32,000 nucleotides of DNA from positions 330,001-362,000 of the forward strand of contig NC_017080.1 in the NCBI RefSeq assembly GCF_000284115.1, given 5' to 3'. This document shows positions 25,107 to 32,000 of the stretch, piece by piece. Numbering within the stretch: position 1 is the stretch's first letter; the number at the start of each line of letters is the position of its first letter. The DNA comes from Phycisphaera mikurensis NBRC 102666. Lineage in GTDB: Bacteria; Planctomycetota; Phycisphaerae; Phycisphaerales; Phycisphaeraceae. The notes under the pieces are model-generated. The model had not been told where the DNA came from, did no database searches, and saw nothing but the letters and a program-made list of their open reading frames with translations. A program made the translations under genes and the position numbers.

Positions 25107-26444
25107 TCAGACCTCGATGGACAGCAGCGAAGCACCCGGCAGCTTCGCGATCATCTCGGCGGCGAGGAGCTGGCGGACGGGCTGGAGGTCCATCCGCTGG
25201 AAGCCCTCGGCGGCGAAGGCATAGATCAGCATCGCCCGCGCGGTCTCCTCGTCGAGGCCGCGGCTGCGGAAGTAGAAGACGGCGTCGGGGTCGACCTCGC
25301 CGGTGGTGCAGCCGTGCGTGCACTTCACGTCGTCGGCGAAGATCTCCAGCTGCGGGCGGGCGTTGACGCGGGCGCCCTCGCTGAGCAGCAGGTTGCGGTT
25401 GCTCTGCACGGCGTCGGTCTGCTGGGCGACGGGGTCGACGACGATGCGGCCGGTGAACACGCCGCGGCTCTCGCCGTTGAGGATGCCCTTGTAGAACTGC
25501 CGGCTGCGGCAGCCCTGCGCCGCGTGGTGCACGCGCATCACGTTGTCGAGGTGCTGGTGCCCGTCGCCGACGTACAAGCCGTTGATCAGGCACTCGCAGT
25601 CGGTCCCGGCCAGCGTCGGGCTCACGTTGTTGCGGACCAGCGATCCGCCGAGCAGCACGGTGTGGCTCTTGACGTCGGTGCTCTCGCCCAGGTGCGCGAA
25701 GAGGCTGGCCACGTGGAAAGCCTCCCGGCCGTCCCGCTCCAGGAAGTAGTGCTCGACGCGGGCGCGGTCGGCCGCGAAGATCTCGGTCGCGGCGTTGGTG
25801 AGCGAGACGCCGGCCCCCTCCACGGCCACGGCGTGCTCGAGCACCGTGACCGAGGACGCCACGCCCGCGATGATCAGCCCGCGCGGGTGGCTGGCCACCG
25901 GCTCGCCCGCGTCGGTCGCGATGGAGAGCACGTGCACCGGCTTGCTCGCCGCGACGCCGTCCTGGACGCGGACGAAGACGCCGTTCTCGACGCTCGCGTT
26001 GTTGAGCGCCGTGAAGGCGTCGTCGGTCTCGCGGGTCAGCCGGCCCAGGTGCGGCTCGACGAGGTCCCGGTGCTGGCAGATCGCCTCGGTCAAGGGGAGC
26101 ACGAGCACGCCGGGCTCCAGCTCGCCCGTGGCATCGGACAGCTCTTCACGGAAGCGGCCGTCCACGAAAACCAGCAGCGTTGCGTCCAGGCCGGGCACCT
26201 GGAACGACGCGAGCGCCTCGTCGCTCACCTCCGCGTCGTCCACCGCCGACACGAAGTTGGTCGCCGCCAGCTTGTCGAGGTTGGTGAAGCGCCACGACTC
26301 GTTCCGCTTGCCCGGCCAGCCCAGCTCCTTGAAGCGGGCGCGGCCCGCGTCGCGGAAGGGGTTCAGCCAGCTCTGGCACTCGGGGATGGTCCGGCTCGCT
26401 TCGATCACGTCCGGGAGGGTATGCGTGGGGGTGGAGGTGGCCAT
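25107..26444 (-). CDS. sufD: Fe-S cluster assembly protein SufD
   Basis: 445 aa. Typical C-terminal half: VRNNVSPTLAGTDCECLINGLYVGDGHQHLDN, RSRQFYKGIL, QTDAVQSNRNLLLS, NARPQLEIFADDVKCTHGCTTGEVD. Follows sufC. Confidence 0.93.
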   Translation of the reverse strand: MATSTPTHTLPDVIEASRTIPECQSWLNPFRDAGRARFKELGWPGKRNESWRFTNLDKLAATNFVSAVDDAEVSDEALASFQVPGLDATLLVFVDGRFREELSDATGELEPGVLVLPLTEAICQHRDLVEPHLGRLTRETDDAFTALNNASVENGVFVRVQDGVAASKPVHVLSIATDAGEPVASHPRGLIIAGVASSVTVLEHAVAVEGAGVSLTNAATEIFAADRARVEHYFLERDGREAFHVASLFAHLGESTDVKSHTVLLGGSLVRNNVSPTLAGTDCECLINGLYVGDGHQHLDNVMRVHHAAQGCRSRQFYKGILNGESRGVFTGRIVVDPVAQQTDAVQSNRNLLLSEGARVNARPQLEIFADDVKCTHGCTTGEVDPDAVFYFRSRGLDEETARAMLIYAFAAEGFQRMDLQPVRQLLAAEMIAKLPGASLLSIEV

Positions 26445-26506
26445 GGCTCAGTTCCGCGGCTTGGCCGCGGGTGTGGGATCGGGAGGCGGCGGAGACGCCG
26501 GGGGCT

Positions 26507-27283
26507 TCAGGCGACGCCGGCGTGCTCCTGCAGAAACGGCGCATAGCCCGTCTCCTCCAGCTCGGTCGCCAGCTCCTTGCCGCCGGAGCGGATGATCCGG
26601 CCGCCGGCGAGGATGTGCACGTGGTCGGGCACGATGTAGTCCAGCAACCGCTGGTAGTGCGTGATGAGCAGGAAGGAGCGGTCCTGGTCGCGCATCGAGT
26701 TCACGCCCTCAGAGACGATCCGCAGGGCGTCGATGTCCAGGCCCGAGTCGGTCTCGTCGAGCACACCGAGCACGCTGCCCAACACCGCCATCTGGAAGAT
26801 CTCGAAACGCTTCTTCTCGCCGCCGGAGAAGCCCTCGTTCACGTTGCGCTTGAGCATCTCGTAGGGCACGTTGATCTGGCTGGCCTTCTCGCGGAAGTGC
26901 TTGAGCAGCTGGGCGGCGTCGAGCTCTTCCTTGCCCTCGAAGGCCTGCTTCGCGTTGACCGCGGCCTTGAGGAACTGCATCGCCGACACGCCGGGGATCT
27001 CGACGGGGTACTGGAAGGCCAGGAACAGCCCGCTGTTGGCCCGCTCGTCGGCGCCCAGCTCGGTGATGTCCTCGCCCTTGAAGAGGATCGACCCCTCGGT
27101 GATCTCGTAGTCCTCCTTTCCGGCGAGGACCTGGGCGAGCGTGGACTTGCCCGAGCCGTTGGGGCCCATGATGGAGTGGACCTCGCCGGGCTGGATCGTC
27201 AGCGAGAGTCCGTGGAGGATCTCGACGTCGGGGTCGTCCTCGAGGCGGACGTGGAGGTTGGTGATTTCGAGGAGGGGGGTCAT
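26507..27283 (-). CDS. sufC: Fe-S cluster assembly ATPase SufC
   Basis: 258 aa from ATG at 27283. Walker A GPNGSGKST, signature FSGGEKKR, Walker B LGVLDETDSGLD, and THYQRLL. Confidence 0.96.
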   Translation of the reverse strand: MTPLLEITNLHVRLEDDPDVEILHGLSLTIQPGEVHSIMGPNGSGKSTLAQVLAGKEDYEITEGSILFKGEDITELGADERANSGLFLAFQYPVEIPGVSAMQFLKAAVNAKQAFEGKEELDAAQLLKHFREKASQINVPYEMLKRNVNEGFSGGEKKRFEIFQMAVLGSVLGVLDETDSGLDIDALRIVSEGVNSMRDQDRSFLLITHYQRLLDYIVPDHVHILAGGRIIRSGGKELATELEETGYAPFLQEHAGVA

Positions 27284-27342
27284 GGTTTCCGCCTCCGGCG
27301 GAGGGGCTTGGGGGTGGGTGGAAAAGGAAGCGGTCGGTGGGC

Positions 27343-28872
<1,530 letters not shown>

Positions 28873-29088
28873 GGCGATGTTCCTTGGGCGGCCCCGCCCG
28901 TGGGGCGCGGCAAAGAGGATAGGCGGGCAGGGCCGCCCGCCGGGGACGGCCGCGGAAGCCACCCCACCGGCGGGCGGTTCGCAGCGGACGCGGGAAGCGG
29001 GGAGATCCCGGCTCCGGTGGGTGCCGCCGCCGCAAGGCGGCGTAGCATCGCGGCACCCCGCAACCGGGACCCAACCGAAAGAGAACCC

Positions 29089-29421
29089 ATGCCCATCAAC
29101 CTTTCCGACACCGCGAAGCGTGAGATCAAGTCCATCATCGAGCAGCAGGAGCTCGACGCCGAGAGCGTGAAGCTCCGCGTCGGGGTCAAGGGCGGCGGCT
29201 GCTCGGGCTTCTCGTACCTGCTCGACCTCACCGAGACCCAGCGCGACAACGACGAGGAGTTCGAGGTCGAGGGCCTCCGCGTCGTGTGCGACCCCAAGAG
29301 CTACCTGTACCTCAACGGGACGAGCATCGACTTCAAGGACGAAGTGATGGGCAGGGGTTTCGTCTTCAACAACCCCAACGCCACGAGCACGTGCGGCTGC
29401 GGAAGCTCCTTCAGCGCCTGA
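29089..29421 (+). CDS. erpA: IscA/ErpA-type A-type Fe-S cluster carrier
   Basis: 110 aa from ATG at 29089. [15 protein letters not shown] and C-terminal [16 protein letters not shown] (the three conserved Cys). Divergent from sufB. Confidence 0.9.
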   Translation: MPINLSDTAKREIKSIIEQQELDAESVKLRVGVKGGGCSGFSYLLDLTETQRDNDEEFEVEGLRVVCDPKSYLYLNGTSIDFKDEVMGRGFVFNNPNATSTCGCGSSFSA

Positions 29422-29588
29422 GCGGTTTCTTGGAGCAGCGCAGCCAGCGGAGGCGGTGCGTGGGCGGAGCGGTCGCCGCGTTGCGGCCGCGCCGGGCACA
29501 GACAAGAAGAGACGGGGCGGAGTTGCCCGGGGGCTTCGGCTTGCTCCTCTGACACGCCGGTCGCATCGCCCGCTCGCGGCTCGCGGCG

Positions 29589-29634
29589 CCGCGGATCGCT
29601 GGCGCCGCCGCCGGATCGCGGAGACGGTCCGCGG
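29589..29634. repeat. 46-bp palindromic intergenic element, copy H (one arm mismatch)
   Basis: CCGCGGATCG at 29589-29598 and CGGTCCGCGG at 29625-29634 with a 26-nt spacer. Lies downstream of the erpA-like gene. Confidence 0.75.
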
Positions 29635-29650
29635 GTCCGGCCGCGGCTCT

Positions 29651-29696
29651 CCGCGGACCGCCAGCCAGAGACGGCGTTCCGGCGGACGGTCCGCGG
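29651..29696. repeat. 46-bp palindromic intergenic element, copy G
   Basis: Perfect arms at 29651-29660 and 29687-29696 with a 26-nt spacer. Starts 16 nt after copy H. Confidence 0.85.
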
Positions 29697-29827
29697 CGGG
29701 GCGTCGCGTCCCGGCGGCGCCTTGGGGGCAGCAGCAGCCTTTGGTAGGGTTCCGCGTCCGCGTGAACGGCCTTCGCAGCGTGCGCAGGCCGACGCGGACA
29801 GGAACCCCGCCCGAAAGGCTTTCTCTC

Positions 29828-30037
29828 ATGAAGATCACCGACCTCGCCAAGCTCTCCACCGCCGCCCTCGCCCTGGGGGTCTTCGGCACCGCCGGCCTCG
29901 GGTGCGAGTCCATGAGCGGGGGCGACGAGATGGAGTCCGCCGGCGACAACATGATGGAGGCCGCCGAGGACACCGGCGACGCGATGGGCGAGATGGCGGA
30001 GGACACCGGCGACGCGGTGAAGGACGCGATGGACTGA
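29828..30037 (+). CDS. Small (69 aa) acidic, Met-rich lipoprotein
   Basis: In-frame ATG at 29828. Lipobox [12 protein letters not shown]. Mature part is [42 protein letters not shown]. Third-position GC is about 100%. A strong terminator follows. Confidence 0.75.
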   Translation: MKITDLAKLSTAALALGVFGTAGLGCESMSGGDEMESAGDNMMEAAEDTGDAMGEMAEDTGDAVKDAMD

Positions 30038-30065
30038 TCCCGCTCCGGGATCCCGACGCCCCCGC

Positions 30066-30101
30066 GGCCCGCTTTCCCCTTGGGGAGGCGGGCCTTTTCG
30101 T
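30066..30101 (+). terminator. Rho-independent terminator
   Basis: GGCCCGC-TT-TCCCC-TT-GGGGA-G-GCGGGCC (30066-30094) followed by TTTTCGTT. Lies 29 nt after the stop at 30037. Confidence 0.7.
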
Positions 30102-30208
30102 TGCCAGCCTCTCGACCGGTGTCCCGGGGCCGATAAACTCGGTTCTTCCCGCCCGCAGGGCATCCCAACATCGCCCGGCGTGACCCGCCCCTCCCGATCG
30201 CCAAGCCC

Positions 30209-30913
30209 ATGCCCGGAATCAAGGACAAGATGACCGGCCTGCTCTCCAAGCTCCGCGGCGACAAGCCGGTGGCGCTGGACGTGGTGCGGAAGGACGACGG
30301 CACCGAGGCACGCCGCGAGGTGACGATCGCCCAGCTGAAGGAGGGCTACGGCGAGGTCGTCGGCACGATGCAGGCCATCCGCGGCCACCTCGACGACCAG
30401 AAGGTCCGCCAGGACCGCATGGAGCAGATGCTCTCGGGCCTGCCCGAGGTGCTGCGGGCGGTGCCCGAGGCGGCGCGGACGCAGACGCAGCTGGTGAAGG
30501 CGATCGGGGCGCACCTCGAGACGCAATCCGCGGCGACGGGGCAGCTGACCGAGGCGATCCACGGGCTCTCGAACAACAGCCGCAAGCAGGACCAGACGCT
30601 GGAGGGCATCGCGGAGCACCTCGTCGAGGAGCGAGAGACCAAGCGGGAGCTGAACACCAGCGTGCTCTCGCTCAACGCCGCCATGGAGGGCGTGGAGGCG
30701 AGCAACCTCGCCGCCCGCGACGCGCTCGCGGCGAGCCGCGAGGAGGCCCAGCGACGCGAGGAGCGCCTCGTCCAGATGCACCAGCGCGGCCAGCGCAACA
30801 ACACGCTGATGCTCGTCTTCGCCGCCGCGCTCTTTCTCGCCGTCATCGCCGCCGGCATCTGGCTCGTCAGCACGGGCGCCCTGACGCTCCCGGCGGCGCC
30901 CGCGTCGGGGTGA
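30209..30913 (+). CDS. Hypothetical coiled-coil protein with a C-terminal transmembrane anchor
   Basis: 234 aa with long heptad-like helical regions rich in Q/E/R. C-terminal [21 protein letters not shown]. Good third-position GC. No recognisable enzymatic motif. Confidence 0.7.
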   Translation: MPGIKDKMTGLLSKLRGDKPVALDVVRKDDGTEARREVTIAQLKEGYGEVVGTMQAIRGHLDDQKVRQDRMEQMLSGLPEVLRAVPEAARTQTQLVKAIGAHLETQSAATGQLTEAIHGLSNNSRKQDQTLEGIAEHLVEERETKRELNTSVLSLNAAMEGVEASNLAARDALAASREEAQRREERLVQMHQRGQRNNTLMLVFAAALFLAVIAAGIWLVSTGALTLPAAPASG

Positions 30914-31078
30914 TCGTGCGGTTCCTGCTCCGCCGCGGGGTGTGACGCCGCGTGGCGTCCGTTTGCGCGGAACCTTGCGGGCGTGCCGGTCTCGGCGGGG
31001 CCACCGGTACACTCCGCCGCGCGCCGGCTGTTCTTGTTTTCGGCCGGGCGAGATCCCGTTCGAAAGGAAGACCTCCCC

Positions 31079-31525
31079 ATGGCTGAATCCGGCGAAACCA
31101 CTGTCATCGGCTCCGACTCGCACTTCAAGGGCGAGCTGACCTTCGAGAAGACGGCCAAGATCGTTGGACGCTTCGAGGGCACGATCGTCGGCAAGGGCGA
31201 GCTCAACGTCGTCAACAGCGCCGAGTGCCGGGCGGACGTCTCCGCCGCCGTCGCCAACGTCGACGGCACCATCGAGGGCAACGTCGACGCGGACGACACG
31301 GTCCGGCTCAACGCCAACGGGACGGTCCGCGGCGACGTGACCGCGGCGAAGATGGTGATGGCCGAAGGCGCGAGCTTCTACGGCATGTGCAACGTGGGCC
31401 CGGACGCCAAGAAGAGCGGCGGGCGTTCGTCGGCTCCCGCGAGCACCCCGCCGAGCCCGCCGCCGAGCGGCGGCGGCGGGAACAGCCCCGGCGGCGGCTC
31501 CGGCGGCGGCAACGACAAGAAGTAG
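31079..31525 (+). CDS. Bactofilin (polymer-forming cytoskeletal protein, DUF583) with a Pro/Gly-rich tail
   Basis: In-frame ATG at 31079 with an AAGGAAG Shine-Dalgarno upstream. Beta-helix repeat pattern VIGSDSHFKGELTFEKTAKIVGRFEGTIVGKGELNVVNSAECRADVSAAVANVDGTIEGNVDADDTVRLNANGTVRGDVTAAKMVMAEGASFYG. Confidence 0.88.
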   Translation: MAESGETTVIGSDSHFKGELTFEKTAKIVGRFEGTIVGKGELNVVNSAECRADVSAAVANVDGTIEGNVDADDTVRLNANGTVRGDVTAAKMVMAEGASFYGMCNVGPDAKKSGGRSSAPASTPPSPPPSGGGGNSPGGGSGGGNDKK

Positions 31526-31687
31526 GCCCGCGGCGGAGCCGGGCGCGCAGGACCTCCTCCCGCCGAGGCGGCGGGGGTGCCCTGCGCCCGGCCCGCCCGC
31601 CGACGCTCGGTGTTTTCTTCCGCGCCGGCTTCCCCGCCCGCCGCTCGCTCCCCGCTCCTGCCCTTGGCCAAAGCCGCCGGCCCCAGG

Positions 31688-32000
31688 TTGGTCCAGTGCT
31701 ACCTGTGCGGACACCGCTTCGAGGTGTCCGGGCGGGCGCAATCCACGTCGTGCCCGGGCTGCAACCGGGCGGTCCGCGTCGCGGACGAGACGCTGGGCAC
31801 CGGCAAGCGGCGCGGCCCGATCCGCGAGCTCCGCACGTGCGGCCGGATCGTGATCGGCAAGCGGGCCCGCCTCATCTGCGAGCACGTCGAGGCGCACGGC
31901 GGGCTCGAGTGCCTCGGCATCCTCGACGCGCGCGACGTCGTCCTCGGCGGCGGGGGCCTGCGCCTCGGTCCCAAGGCGGAGTTCAAGGGCGAGCTGCACG
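31688..32000 (+). CDS. Zinc-ribbon (FmdB-like CxxCGxxFE...CPxC) protein with a bactofilin-like repeat region, 5' part only; runs off the right edge
   Basis: Absent from the track because there is no stop in the window. Reading from TTG at 31688 gives (M)VQCYLCGHRFEVSGRAQSTSCPGCNRAVRVADE...GRIVIGKRARLICEHVEAHGGLECLGILDARDVVLGGGGLRLGPKAEFKGELH. The start codon is uncertain (another TTG lies at 31664). Confidence 0.5.
   Translation, partial: MVQCYLCGHRFEVSGRAQSTSCPGCNRAVRVADETLGTGKRRGPIRELRTCGRIVIGKRARLICEHVEAHGGLECLGILDARDVVLGGGGLRLGPKAEFKGELH

Noticed and set aside
31559-31640. Terminator after the bactofilin gene (hairpin CCCGCCG-agg-CGGCGGG at 31559-31575; T-rich stretch near 31612)
   Set aside because: The hairpin is not followed by a U tract, and the T-rich stretch is not preceded by a convincing stem. 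The evidence is insufficient.

Overview
This is a very GC-rich (roughly 70% or more) bacterial chromosomal window. I called frames from protein motifs and from near-saturated third-position GC. Most of the long Arg/Pro/Gly/Ala-rich ORFs in the track are antisense or off-frame shadows. PEP-CTERM proteins, long-leader prepilin-like proteins and bactofilins fit a Planctomycetota/Phycisphaerae-like organism, but that is inference only.

I support 29 protein-coding genes.
- Housekeeping: glycosyltransferase fragment, TrmH/SpoU methyltransferase, lpdA, M48 lipoprotein peptidase, ubiE/menG, CPA2 antiporter, TatD hydrolase, rsmE, sufBCD with a divergent erpA-like gene, and a giant transglutaminase/DUF2126 protein.
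- Accessory-looking blocks:
  - A three-gene pseudopilin 'tip-complex-like' operon (GspI/H-like, an 879-aa PilX/GspK-like giant, GspJ-like), followed by a secreted fibro-slime/PA14-like protein. No ATPase, platform or secretin gene is in the window.
  - A PEP-CTERM protein followed by a translationally coupled pair: a canonical ketosynthase and a paralog in which all three catalytic-triad positions are replaced. No ACP gene is in the window.
  - A bactofilin neighbourhood: a coiled-coil tail-anchored protein, a bactofilin, and a zinc-ribbon bactofilin-like protein.
- Non-coding structure not explained by the genes:
  - A dispersed 46-bp palindromic element, CCGCGGACCG-N26-CGGTCCGCGG, in 8 copies. 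All sit just after stop codons, and the spacer length is essentially invariant.
  - A ~200-bp tandem repeat (2.5 copies) built of nested palindromes, in a 718-bp intergenic gap.

I recognised no rRNA, tRNA, CRISPR array, transposase/integrase or known defence gene.
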